From UHGV virus genome UHGV-0119548: a DNA stretch of 41,934 nt. One strand, 5' to 3'. This DNA is from a virus. A program made the position numbers and the translations under genes. The notes under the pieces were generated by a model, which saw only the letters and a program-made list of their open reading frames with translations, had not been told where the DNA came from and did no database searches. Shown piece by piece: positions 26,178 to 34,304 of the stretch (position 1 is the stretch's first letter; each line of letters starts with the position of its first letter).

Positions 26178-26201
26178 GCAAAAACCCGGCGCGGGGCCGG
26201 G
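26178..26201 (-). terminator. intrinsic terminator immediately upstream of holin (tR-prime-like)
   Basis: hairpin CCCGGC-GCGGG-GCCGGG (26185-26201) followed on minus strand by TTTTTGCTTT. Confidence 0.55.
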
Positions 26202-26229
26202 TAATTACAATTTCGCATTGTTAGGAAAT

Positions 26230-26258
26230 ATTTTAATCTGTTTGTTTGCGCTCTACAA
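26230..26258 (-). promoter_or_regulatory. candidate sigma70-type promoter (late, pR-prime-like)
   Basis: minus-strand -35 TTGTAG (26258-26253), 17-nt spacer, -10 TAAAAT (26235-26230); about 25 nt upstream of the terminator hairpin. Confidence 0.3.
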
Positions 26259-26266
26259 ATACGGCG

Positions 26267-26494
26267 TTAACGATAAGGTCCAAGCAAACGAACAAGCCAT
26301 TCTTTGTATTTGACGGCAACGTGTTTTGGTGCAAAATATCCTTGCACTTCCTTACCGCCTCGCCACTCCCTTCTAAATTCGCACTCGTTTTGATACTCCT
26401 TTCCGCTTTTACTATCCAGCCAGCAAGCAGGTGAGTAACCTTTTTCACTTCCGAACCGATGCCATATTGATGACAGCAAAACCCTTTCTTCCAT
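26267..26494 (-). CDS. hypothetical protein (75 aa)
   Basis: ORF with GGGGG RBS; alternative frame 26233-26508 judged less likely. Confidence 0.4.
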   Translation of the reverse strand: MEERVLLSSIWHRFGSEKGYSPACWLDSKSGKEYQNECEFRREWRGGKEVQGYFAPKHVAVKYKEWLVRLLGPYR

Positions 26495-26516
26495 ATTACC
26501 CCCAACAAATACGGCT

Positions 26517-26693
26517 TTACGCAGTTCTGTATATCAGGCCGTTATCAAGCAATGTTTGCATGTGTTCGCGATCCATGTCGCTTAATTCCCAATAAGGAAC
26601 ATCTTCATTCCTTATCATCACCTCTTCGCCTCTCACCAAATAGGCGATGTCAAATACCTTATGCAAATAGATGCCATCTTCGATCTCGTTCAT
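26517..26693 (-). CDS. hypothetical protein (58 aa)
   Basis: ATGA coupling to upstream gene; MNEIEDGIYLHKVFDIAYLV...; below track cutoff. Confidence 0.45.
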   Translation of the reverse strand: MNEIEDGIYLHKVFDIAYLVRGEEVMIRNEDVPYWELSDMDREHMQTLLDNGLIYRTA

Positions 26694-26872
26694 AGGTCGC
26701 TAACCTTTACCAGTTCACCAGCATCAAGAAATATTTTAATTGTTTCTCGCGTCGTCTTAATGATTGGCGCAACCCACTCGCCACCACCAACACGGATACG
26801 AATATCATCGCCTTCCACGCGATAAAGCAACCCGTCAACTGCTGTTGCTGAGTACACGCCATCTTTAATCAT
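26690..26872 (-). CDS. hypothetical protein (60 aa)
   Basis: ORF in tightly packed array. Confidence 0.45.
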   Translation of the reverse strand: MIKDGVYSATAVDGLLYRVEGDDIRIRVGGGEWVAPIIKTTRETIKIFLDAGELVKVSDL

Positions 26873-27105
26873 TTCTTGCGCTCCTTAATGGCTCGCTTGA
26901 TCTGCACTACCGTAGCATCGAAGAAAGCGAGAAACATAACTACAGGCAATAAAGGAATCTCAATGCCACCAGGTTCAGCGCCGCTATACTTAATAAAACA
27001 TGACATCAGGATCGCGCCAGCTATATAAAGCAAAACAATCACAGCAATAAGGCATTCAATCATAATCATCCTCATCGTCTTCATGTTCAGCCAGGAACTC
27101 ATCAA
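26869..27105 (-). CDS. small membrane protein (78 aa, two TM segments)
   Basis: hydrophobic stretches IMIECLIAVIVLLYIAGAILM and LLPVVMFLAFF. Confidence 0.5.
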   Translation of the reverse strand: MMSSWLNMKTMRMIMIECLIAVIVLLYIAGAILMSCFIKYSGAEPGGIEIPLLPVVMFLAFFDATVVQIKRAIKERKK

Positions 27106-27196
27106 CTACGCGGTAAGTTACTGGCGGGATGTATTCGAAATCATCAGAATCAAGATCGAGCGTCCTGCTGTCGCCGTCGTCGTCCATCGTATTCAT
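27056..27196 (-). CDS. highly acidic small protein (46 aa from ATG 27196; track extends to TTG 27355)
   Basis: MNTMDDDGDSRTLDLDSDDFEYIPPVTYRVVDEFLAEHEDDEDDYD; upstream TTG start would overlap neighbour by 70 nt. Confidence 0.4.
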   Translation of the reverse strand: MNTMDDDGDSRTLDLDSDDFEYIPPVTYRVVDEFLAEHEDDEDDYD

Positions 27197-27284
27197 TCCA
27201 AGTTCACCGAAAGGGCCGTACCCAATATGGCCCAGGTATTCGCAACCAACCGTAAAGCCAGGATATTCACCTTTACACCTGACT

Positions 27285-27626
27285 TTATACAGCTTGTTTG
27301 ATGCGCTCAATTTCCGCCACTCCGTTTTCTCCTTCAGTGATTTTGTATTCCGCAACCAGTTCAGCGCCGATCAAATCCACTTCGTTTTTAGATGTTTTAT
27401 GGCTAGAATCAAACATCAGCGAGGCAAAAACGAAGTGTTTAACGTGATTTTCATCTTCAAGGTGTTTCACATCGAAAGGCGGTTCAGATACATGGAAGCA
27501 CTTGATGTGAGCGTCGTTATCAGTAGCTACGCGGAAACATGCGCCAGGTTGCCCGGCGTACTGTCCCAATCTTTCTTCGTTCGGTAAAGTACCACGGAAA
27601 ACTTTAACGCTGATAAATTTGTACAT
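27285..27626 (-). CDS. hypothetical protein (113 aa)
   Basis: ORF in packed array. Confidence 0.5.
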   Translation of the reverse strand: MYKFISVKVFRGTLPNEERLGQYAGQPGACFRVATDNDAHIKCFHVSEPPFDVKHLEDENHVKHFVFASLMFDSSHKTSKNEVDLIGAELVAEYKITEGENGVAEIERIKQAV

Positions 27627-27649
27627 TGCTTATTCTCCTTAGTAATAAA

Positions 27650-27949
27650 TTAAAATTCAGCACCGGGTAAGCTACGCGCTTTATTTATAACATCTTGTTT
27701 TAACAATAATAGTGAGTGATAATGCATGTTAAACATGCTGCAAAGTGGCGTTTCACTATTTTCTGACTTAATTTTGAATAACTGGTTTGCAGTAAAAATC
27801 ATGTCGTCGTCTGTTATGTATAACCAGTCTCCGCGCTTGCCAACTACAACATGAGATTTTCCCCAACTGTCTTTAAATTCATAATCGCAGAAGGCATCAC
27901 CTTTAGGCACTTCAACAAAACAGCACGCTATGAATTTATCGCTTTTCAT
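27650..27949 (-). CDS. hypothetical protein (99 aa)
   Basis: ORF with GAAGGG RBS. Confidence 0.5.
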   Translation of the reverse strand: MKSDKFIACCFVEVPKGDAFCDYEFKDSWGKSHVVVGKRGDWLYITDDDMIFTANQLFKIKSENSETPLCSMFNMHYHSLLLLKQDVINKARSLPGAEF

Positions 27950-27992
27950 GATTCAACCCTTCTGGTTTGATGGAGCCATCCGACCCCGTGCT

Positions 27993-28133
27993 TTATCCTT
28001 CTTTGCCTCCTTTGAACCCCAAACACTCCGCGTATTCGTCAATGCTTAATGCTTCTTCACCTGGTGCCAATACTTCAAAGTAGCGGGCGTATAGTTCGAA
28101 AACCCAGGCCGGATATTTAGCGTTAGCGTTCAT
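27993..28133 (-). CDS. hypothetical protein (46 aa)
   Basis: ATG with GGGGGAA RBS; MNANAKYPAWVFELYARYFEVLAPGEEALSIDEYAECLGFKGGKEG. Confidence 0.4.
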   Translation of the reverse strand: MNANAKYPAWVFELYARYFEVLAPGEEALSIDEYAECLGFKGGKEG

Positions 28134-28142
28134 GGTTCCCCC

Positions 28143-28421
28143 TTATGCCATGCGTGCAAATTCAAGTGATTTGCATTCGTAGTCTTCCTCTGCCTGTTCG
28201 ATGACTGCCATCATCATTTCGTTTGCGTTGTTGAATGCGTTGCTTTGTGCGAACTTGTCGGCTCCACCTTCTTCTTCGAACTCCGCGTTGTTTGCTGCAA
28301 TGTAGTGATATTCGATGTTGTTCAGGTAAGGGCTTGCAGCGTGTGCTGGGTCTTCTTTCTCCACCATCTCCCAAAATGCGTTTAAGCGAGATTCGACTTC
28401 TTTGTTAATCCAGCGTTTCAT
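28143..28421 (-). CDS. hypothetical acidic protein (92 aa)
   Basis: ORF; Glu/Asp/Ala-rich. Confidence 0.5.
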   Translation of the reverse strand: MKRWINKEVESRLNAFWEMVEKEDPAHAASPYLNNIEYHYIAANNAEFEEEGGADKFAQSNAFNNANEMMMAVIEQAEEDYECKSLEFARMA

Positions 28422-28459
28422 TTTTCTACCCTCCGCATCGTTCTCTCTTCAGCTTCTTT

Positions 28460-28500
28460 ATAACAAAATGGCACTGCCGAAACAATGCCATTTCGTAAAC
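28460..28500. promoter_or_regulatory. imperfect inverted ACAAAATGGCA / TGCCATTTCGT motif pair
   Basis: ATAACAAAATGGCA 28460-28473 and TGCCATTTCGTAAAC 28486-28500; intergenic between two minus genes. Confidence 0.35.
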
Positions 28501-28519
28501 CTTGTGATACAGATCACAT

Positions 28520-28744
28520 TTACGTTTCTTCCGTAAAAGTAACCTTCATCGCCCCATCCGAACTACGGACAACATAACGACCAATACCGCCTAGCGGCCC
28601 TGCATACCATAAGTGACCGTAAGTGTCAGTTACGACGATAAACGGAAATTTAGGAGACAATCCCATCGGTTTTTCAGCCGTATACTGTGCGCCTTCTTCA
28701 AAACAGCCTAATTTCGATTCGTTACACGTTAAAATCATTTTCAT
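28520..28744 (-). CDS. paralog family member 4 (74 aa)
   Basis: shares motif h-h-TD-x3-h-W with three upstream neighbours (FIVVTDTYGHLWYAG). Confidence 0.55.
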   Translation of the reverse strand: MKMILTCNESKLGCFEEGAQYTAEKPMGLSPKFPFIVVTDTYGHLWYAGPLGGIGRYVVRSSDGAMKVTFTEET

Positions 28745-28980
28745 ACCCCTACATACGAAAACGCAGCAAAAGCACCACCACCAGCACGCGCATAAACAAG
28801 TGCCGTGCCATACCCCATCTTATAAAATCGCCATAACTGACCCTGGTCGTCAGTAATGGCATGAATATATTCCTGATCCTTTGCGTCAACCAATGCCGCG
28901 TCAACCTCGTAGATCTTGCCATTCTTAAAAAACGCGCTGCATCGTGAGTATGTGCACTGGTATCTATGTTTCCGATTCAT
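28741..28980 (-). CDS. paralog family member 3 (79 aa)
   Basis: FKNGKIYEV...IHAITDDQGQLWRFY; ATGA coupling. Confidence 0.55.
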   Translation of the reverse strand: MNRKHRYQCTYSRCSAFFKNGKIYEVDAALVDAKDQEYIHAITDDQGQLWRFYKMGYGTALVYARAGGGAFAAFSYVGV

Positions 28981-28990
28981 AGCACCTCAC

Positions 28991-29248
28991 TTATTCCGGT
29001 TTACTGCCTTCGCGGGCGCAAAACTCCGCGATCTCACGGAAATCATGCACTATGCGATAAATATACAAACCAGCGGCGTTATTGATATGGCTAACATAAG
29101 CGAAATAAACTTTATCATCATCGCCAGTTATCGCCATTGCACCATCACCGCCCGGTGCGCCGTGGAGTTGAACGCCGCAATAGATCTTCCCTTCTTCAAA
29201 AATATTGCGGTCGCGCGTCTGCAATACCTCAAAATATAAATGTTTCAT
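28991..29248 (-). CDS. paralog family member 2 (85 aa from ATG 29248)
   Basis: FEEGKIYCG...AMAITGDDDKVYFAY; RBS AGGGG. Confidence 0.55.
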   Translation of the reverse strand: MKHLYFEVLQTRDRNIFEEGKIYCGVQLHGAPGGDGAMAITGDDDKVYFAYVSHINNAAGLYIYRIVHDFREIAEFCAREGSKPE

Positions 29249-29258
29249 TGTTGCCCCT

Positions 29259-29471
29259 TTAATAACGTTCAAAGCTGGCAGCAAAACCTACACCGGATAT
29301 TTCACCGCCTTCATAGCTCGGCCTGAATACCCATATTTCGTCATGATTATCAATCAAGGCAAGGCAATTACTCATTGTGTGTGCTTCATTGCCATAAACG
29401 ATGTGAACGTCATAAATACTCCCAATCGTGAAAACACTGTCATTGCTTGAGTATGAGCATTTAACTTGCAT
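29259..29471 (-). CDS. paralog family member 1 (70 aa)
   Basis: GSIYDVH...CLALIDNHDEIWVFR. Confidence 0.55.
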   Translation of the reverse strand: MQVKCSYSSNDSVFTIGSIYDVHIVYGNEAHTMSNCLALIDNHDEIWVFRPSYEGGEISGVGFAASFERY

Positions 29472-29716
29472 CAGAAAACCCCTTTATAATCGACCGTGTA
29501 TTTTGCTATCAGATTCCAGTCGCAGTAATTAAGCATGTTGCGAGGCTGCCAGCCTTTCATCCCGACCGCCCGCCGCGCAGCGTGACGGCGATAATCATCG
29601 TTATAGTCAGCTATGCACCACGGCTGGAGAACAAACATATAATTTGCTTCATTAACCAGGATAGCCACCAGCTTTCCTGTTGCCTTGTCTTTTGCCCTGA
29701 AATAATTCACTTTCAT
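29471..29716 (-). CDS. hypothetical protein (81 aa)
   Basis: ORF in packed array. Confidence 0.5.
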   Translation of the reverse strand: MKVNYFRAKDKATGKLVAILVNEANYMFVLQPWCIADYNDDYRRHAARRAVGMKGWQPRNMLNYCDWNLIAKYTVDYKGVF

Positions 29717-29928
29717 TTTAACACCTCGTCGATCAACATTTCTTCTTCCAGGTTAGCCGGACGTTTACGAAATATCCCGGCAAAAACCAGATCTTCGAGT
29801 AGGTCTTTACGCTTAAATAACCACTCTTTCATTATCACCCCGTCGTTGCTGCGATATACGACGCCGCTTTTCAGAAAATAAAAAGTGCGGCTATTGGTCT
29901 GTAGGTAGAGATCTTCGTAAACGTCCAT
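29713..29928 (-). CDS. hypothetical protein (71 aa)
   Basis: ORF with ATGA coupling. Confidence 0.5.
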   Translation of the reverse strand: MDVYEDLYLQTNSRTFYFLKSGVVYRSNDGVIMKEWLFKRKDLLEDLVFAGIFRKRPANLEEEMLIDEVLK

Positions 29929-29932
29929 ACCG

Positions 29933-30160
29933 TTAATCCTCTACAATCTCAAGCCCGCGCCCCTTGTCCCCGACGAAATCGCCCAAGCTGAACGTATACG
30001 ACCACGCCGGATTGATGTAATGGTCATCAGCACCAGCGGCAATGAGATCAGCACCATTAATCATGCAAGTAATATCATCGCTATGAACGACATTAACGAC
30101 CTTACCAACAACCTGTTTCAATGACTGGTATCCGTGATCGTGCAAGAATTTAACTTTCAT
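29933..30160 (-). CDS. hypothetical protein (75 aa)
   Basis: ORF in packed array. Confidence 0.5.
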   Translation of the reverse strand: MKVKFLHDHGYQSLKQVVGKVVNVVHSDDITCMINGADLIAAGADDHYINPAWSYTFSLGDFVGDKGRGLEIVED

Positions 30161-30390
30161 TCGTCTGCCTCCCAGTGGTCTATGCTGATTAAAAAGTCCC
30201 GGATAGCGTGTCGTTCGTCGCGCGTTGGCTTGCGCTTACGGTAAATCTTAAAGTCAAACCATTCTTTTTCTTGTTCGAAATCCAGGTTGTAAGCAAGCAC
30301 CTCAATATATCCACATTCGTGATACTGGTACGCCACGCCAGCACGAACAAAAAAGCGGGTTTTATCCCGCTTGTGTTCATAGATACGCAT
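30157..30390 (-). CDS. hypothetical protein (77 aa)
   Basis: ORF with ATGA coupling. Confidence 0.5.
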   Translation of the reverse strand: MRIYEHKRDKTRFFVRAGVAYQYHECGYIEVLAYNLDFEQEKEWFDFKIYRKRKPTRDERHAIRDFLISIDHWEADE

Positions 30391-30400
30391 ATTTGCCCCA

Positions 30401-30631
30401 CTATGCAGTCGTGTAACTATCTACCAGCTTTTCATCCTTCATTCTGGCAAGCTGGGAGATATTCATCGTGTAGCCTTCATCAGAGAAAAGCCACTCCGCA
30501 GCCTTGCGACGAAAAGCTATATCATCATGGTTGCGCGTCCATGTAGCGATCACCACGCGCTTTCCATCAGTGGCAAACATGGTTAATTCGTTATCAACAA
30601 CGTCGATAGCCTGCCAGATTTTTAGTTCCAT
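30401..30631 (-). CDS. hypothetical protein (76 aa)
   Basis: ORF in packed array. Confidence 0.5.
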   Translation of the reverse strand: MELKIWQAIDVVDNELTMFATDGKRVVIATWTRNHDDIAFRRKAAEWLFSDEGYTMNISQLARMKDEKLVDSYTTA

Positions 30632-30987
30632 GATTTATCACCGTAGATCTTGAATAGTTCACACGCTTTCTGATCTTCAAATATATTCATATGCAGGTCA
30701 CGCAGACGGCGCATTGTTCGGAATCGCGGTCTAAACTCCTGGCTCCGTTTAATGTATTTGCCGCCAATTGAATAAATATGCCCGTATGAATACCATCTAT
30801 TCCCTACCCATATTTCATATTCTTTGCCTTCGTAATTGAATTTTATCGTTAGCTCGTCCACTTCAACTATTGACCATTTATCAATGATGTCATTAAGCAT
30901 TTCGTCCCATTCTTTCAGGAATGGATGCTGATAAAAACCGAAAAGCGTATTTGCAGCGTGGCAAAGGTAATCAATGATTATTTGCAT
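30622..30987 (-). CDS. hypothetical protein (121 aa)
   Basis: ORF in packed array. Confidence 0.5.
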   Translation of the reverse strand: MQIIIDYLCHAANTLFGFYQHPFLKEWDEMLNDIIDKWSIVEVDELTIKFNYEGKEYEIWVGNRWYSYGHIYSIGGKYIKRSQEFRPRFRTMRRLRDLHMNIFEDQKACELFKIYGDKSWN

Positions 30988-31207
30988 ATTTCCACCTTCT
31001 CAATATGTAGTAAATGTTATCGTAAGCTATATTATCCGCATCTTCCTGTGTTATATGTCTGGCATCAAAAAAGAAATCAGCGTCGTGCCATACATGAAAA
31101 AGAAGTCGCGCGAATTGTCTGCGGCGGCGCTTACTGCGTGATAGTTCGTTAAATTCTATTAACGCTTTATCATATGCTCTTATCATGCGCTTACGGTTAC
31201 TTTTCAT
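30971..31207 (-). CDS. basic small protein, paralog pair member b (78 aa)
   Basis: MKSNRKRMIRAYDKALIEF... parallels neighbour MKSRMKRLVRAYDKALMVF... Confidence 0.55.
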   Translation of the reverse strand: MKSNRKRMIRAYDKALIEFNELSRSKRRRRQFARLLFHVWHDADFFFDARHITQEDADNIAYDNIYYILRRWKYANNH

Positions 31208-31211
31208 ATTG

Positions 31212-31412
31212 TCACCACATCATATAGTAAACGTTATCATCTGCTAATTCGTCTGCGTCTCTTTGGCAGTCGATTGTCGCATCATCTTCGTGCCATTCTT
31301 TAGCAAATAAACGCGCCCATTTACGACGCTCACGTTTATTGTGCCGCAGGTCACTAAAAACCATTAAAGCCTTGTCGTAAGCTCTTACCAGGCGTTTCAT
31401 TCTACTTTTCAT
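31212..31412 (-). CDS. basic small protein, paralog pair member a (66 aa)
   Basis: tandem duplicate of 30971-31207. Confidence 0.55.
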   Translation of the reverse strand: MKSRMKRLVRAYDKALMVFSDLRHNKRERRKWARLFAKEWHEDDATIDCQRDADELADDNVYYMMW

Positions 31413-31618
31413 TTTTCACCCTTCCTTAATTCCTTAATTTCAATATTGCGTAACCGGACGTCGCACGGCGTTTCAGATTTACCAGTAAGCGCCAGCGTCA
31501 GGTTTTCAGGTGTCGTGTAAAGAATTATCTCTTTACCAGTGCTAAATTTAATTTCTATGCGGATCTCGTTTTCATCACCGCACAATACGCGGCTAATTGA
31601 CAGGCCAGCTTTTTTCAT
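31409..31618 (-). CDS. hypothetical protein (69 aa)
   Basis: ORF with ATGA coupling. Confidence 0.5.
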   Translation of the reverse strand: MKKAGLSISRVLCGDENEIRIEIKFSTGKEIILYTTPENLTLALTGKSETPCDVRLRNIEIKELRKGEK

Positions 31619-31631
31619 TGCTCAACAAACC

Positions 31632-31943
31632 TTAAAATCTGTATTGCCAGTAAATATCACACTTTATTGCGAATACCTTCACCGGATCAGGGCCGAATAG
31701 TGGATGTTGAATCAACTTGATTTCGTACCCCATGTAAGGCAATACGATAATCCGGTCTTTCTCATCATCCGATGGATAACCCCATTTAATGATTAATCTT
31801 GTGTACTCCCGCCCCTCCAGGCGTTTACGCCAGTATTCATTGTAAAGCCGGTATTCTTCCACCTTCTTTCCCGCCCGGATGGCGTGGAAGTATTCACCTT
31901 TTAAATTCAAATGTAAGTGTTTATTTGCCATCGCTATGATCAT
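31632..31943 (-). CDS. hypothetical protein (103 aa)
   Basis: ORF in packed array. Confidence 0.5.
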   Translation of the reverse strand: MIIAMANKHLHLNLKGEYFHAIRAGKKVEEYRLYNEYWRKRLEGREYTRLIIKWGYPSDDEKDRIIVLPYMGYEIKLIQHPLFGPDPVKVFAIKCDIYWQYRF

Positions 31944-32190
31944 GTAAACAGTCGTTATAGCCTTCGATGTATCCGGTTAATCCTGTGTTACTTACTGACC
32001 AATCAGCCGAACGGCGCTTGATGGCCTTGTCCATAGTCATCTCGTCACCTGGCCCGCCTGGCTCGATGTATTTTCTTAAATCCCTTACTATCCACGCCCT
32101 TAATTGTTGCGTATCACTGCACACACGCGCCGTTAATGTCAGATTATTAACCAGCTTTGCGAATAGATGTTCTTTTAATTTAGGCTTCAT
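31921..32190 (-). CDS. hypothetical protein (89 aa)
   Basis: ORF in packed array. Confidence 0.5.
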   Translation of the reverse strand: MKPKLKEHLFAKLVNNLTLTARVCSDTQQLRAWIVRDLRKYIEPGGPGDEMTMDKAIKRRSADWSVSNTGLTGYIEGYNDCLHDHSDGK

Positions 32191-32380
32191 CCTTCACCTC
32201 GCGACGATAGATTTCTACTGGCTTAACCGGAATAGCGTTAAAATCACCTTCATCCAGTGCGGCAATAAACGTTAGCGCCAACCGTGCTTCAACACCGCTT
32301 AAATACTTGCACCATGCCTCACCGTTATAATCTTTAAAAAGAATAATCACTTTTTTCATGTTTATCTCTTGTTGTTTCAT
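32180..32380 (-). CDS. hypothetical protein (66 aa)
   Basis: ATG overlaps Q stop by 1 nt (TAATG); RBS GGGGTGA. Confidence 0.5.
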   Translation of the reverse strand: MKQQEINMKKVIILFKDYNGEAWCKYLSGVEARLALTFIAALDEGDFNAIPVKPVEIYRREVKDEA

Positions 32381-33102
32381 TATTCACCCCGTGTCACTCG
32401 TTTAATTTCGTTATCAGCCCGCGCCTCTTCTTTGAACAATTCAGTAATGGCGTCTTCATAGAAAGCACGGTATTTCTTCCACCACGTTGATCGGCTTACC
32501 GGAAATACAAGCTGATTAACCGCACGCCGGACAAGATCTACAGGGAAACGCGAGTACCCGCGCCCGCCGCAATGCTGGCACGTTTTGAACGCTGGCATTT
32601 CCGCTGCTTCACTGGCTGCTTTATCCGGTATCTCGCCGCGCCCTTTGCATCGTTTACAATGATTGCGAACTTTTCCATGCCCCTTGCATTTTTTGCAAAG
32701 GTGTTTTTCTCCGTAGTCGTCAAACGTAAATTTATATCCGCCGCAATCCATACAAGTTTTTTCTGTCGCGGCACTCTGGCAGTAATCCCGAAACGCGAAA
32801 ACGGCAACAAGAATAATAAGATCATTGCGTTTGTCCTCGTCCAACTCCATGACGTATTCGTAATCTTTTGCCATAGCTCTTAAACGCTCTGTAAGCAAAA
32901 CTACGGCCCTGTGTTTTTCGGCTTGCGATAATTCCATCTTCCCTAAAAAAGCGCTATAACCAAGCTCTACGCGCGATTGCGCCATACCTGCTGCGGTTAG
33001 TGCATCAGTAGTATTAAGCGAGTCTGGGGACGTGCCCCGGCTTTCATCTGACAAACGCGGTGATTTTGGGAGGTGGAATTTAAGAATAGATTCCAAATTC
33101 AT
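32380..33102 (-). CDS. Q: late-gene antiterminator Q-like protein (240 aa) with four CxxCxGxG zinc-finger repeats
   Basis: N-terminus MNLESILKFHLPKSPRLSDESRGTSPDSL...AAGMAQS resembles lambda Q as recalled; central Cys-rich region; downstream of NinG-RusA. Confidence 0.8.
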   Translation of the reverse strand: MNLESILKFHLPKSPRLSDESRGTSPDSLNTTDALTAAGMAQSRVELGYSAFLGKMELSQAEKHRAVVLLTERLRAMAKDYEYVMELDEDKRNDLIILVAVFAFRDYCQSAATEKTCMDCGGYKFTFDDYGEKHLCKKCKGHGKVRNHCKRCKGRGEIPDKAASEAAEMPAFKTCQHCGGRGYSRFPVDLVRRAVNQLVFPVSRSTWWKKYRAFYEDAITELFKEEARADNEIKRVTRGE

Positions 33103-33284
33103 TATTTACCCCCGTAACGTGCAACCAGTCTTTTGCGATCAGATATTGATTGCACTAGCTTTCTTTCAAACTCTTTCAGTGCAAGTAATTCTCGCATGTG
33201 AAAAGCCTGAATTTGTCGGACTGTGGCTAAATCACGCTCGTCGCGCTGAATATCTATTTGCAGATCTTTAATTTCGTTTTTCAT
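33102..33284 (-). CDS. hypothetical coiled-coil protein (about 60 aa)
   Basis: ATG 33284 two nt after RusA stop with GGTGGT RBS; overlaps Q start by 1 nt. Confidence 0.4.
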   Translation of the reverse strand: MKNEIKDLQIDIQRDERDLATVRQIQAFHMRELLALKEFERKLVQSISDRKRLVARYGGK

Positions 33285-33286
33285 TG

Positions 33287-33688
33287 TTACCACCACATAT
33301 TAGTCAAGTATTCGTTAATATCCGGTAACAGGTCGCCGCGTTCGCGTACCTTGATAAACAATCGCCCTCTTTTTACCTTCCGGCAGCGGACAAATTTCAT
33401 TGCGTCAACCTGGCTATCATCAGCCCAAAAACCGGAATAAGTTATAGCGTCAAATAATGCCTTCCCTACATTGTCAATATCGCGGCGTCTGTTATCTGGC
33501 GGTGCAATATACACCGTTATTGATAGCCTACACTTAAGATTAATTTTCAGATTAAGCAGTTTTATAATGTCTTTTACCTGCTCCCTGTATTCCTTACCTT
33601 CCTTGCTTATATAGTGGAAACCGCGCGAATGCCGGTAATATTTATTGTTCGATGGCGGGTAAGGCAGGCTAAAAGTATATTCATTCAT
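33287..33688 (-). CDS. rusA: Holliday-junction resolvase RusA
   Basis: N-terminal LPYPPSNNKYY motif and acidic residues (DIDNVGKALFD, ADDSQV) typical of RusA; ATGA coupling with NinG. Confidence 0.85.
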   Translation of the reverse strand: MNEYTFSLPYPPSNNKYYRHSRGFHYISKEGKEYREQVKDIIKLLNLKINLKCRLSITVYIAPPDNRRRDIDNVGKALFDAITYSGFWADDSQVDAMKFVRCRKVKRGRLFIKVRERGDLLPDINEYLTNMWW

Positions 33689-34290
33689 GCTGCCTTTCTC
33701 CTTAAGGCGTCCAATTTAGCCTGATAGACTTTTATGATCTCCTTGCATTCTTCGATCGCCCATTTATGAGTTTCGTTGTTGTTCTCCAGCGCTTCCACCC
33801 TGGCAAGGCCAATTTTCCTAATCAGCGCTGGGCGATATGCTTCTATGTTGCCATCTAATGTCTGGTTGCAGTGCCTGCATTGTTTGTGGCAATTATCCTC
33901 GTTAAAACGAAGGTGCCCGGCGGCGGCAACCGTTCTATAGTGTCCGGCATCTGCTCCGCATTGTTCGTAATAGTAAGTCCCGCATGATATGCACGGCTGA
34001 CCCGCGTCACGTTCGCGGATATAGGCATTAAATACCGCTTGTGCCTGCTTCAACCAATAACTACGCGGATTTAACTGCTTCCGCTTCCGGTTGCGTTCTT
34101 CCCGCTGGCTATCACGGCGTTTCTTCCGTTCCATAGCCTTCATAGCCTTCTCACGGTCGCGGCATAGCTGATCAAACTTCAGCTCTTCCAGACACTCATC
34201 ACTGCACCACGTTTGATTGTGATATTTAGGCTCAAAAAAAACGCCGCAGCACTTGCAACGGCGTCTTATTGGTTTTTTAGGGTTCTGCAT
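33685..34290 (-). CDS. ninG: NinG / Rap-like recombination protein (about 201 aa)
   Basis: blocks RRRCKCCGVFFEP, PRSYWLKQAQ, YIRERD, PCISCG, AGHYRT, LRFNE, HKQC match lambda NinG as recalled; start at ATG 34290 with AGGGGTGG RBS. Confidence 0.85.
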   Translation of the reverse strand: MQNPKKPIRRRCKCCGVFFEPKYHNQTWCSDECLEELKFDQLCRDREKAMKAMERKKRRDSQREERNRKRKQLNPRSYWLKQAQAVFNAYIRERDAGQPCISCGTYYYEQCGADAGHYRTVAAAGHLRFNEDNCHKQCRHCNQTLDGNIEAYRPALIRKIGLARVEALENNNETHKWAIEECKEIIKVYQAKLDALRRKAA

Positions 34291-34304
34291 AAAAACCACC
34301 CCTA

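Noticed and set aside
26233-26508. Alternative 91-aa minus-strand ORF overlapping 26267-26494 in another frame
   Set aside because: Lacks an RBS at its start and overlaps a frame that has a GGGGG RBS and coupling to the upstream gene; only one of the two is likely real.
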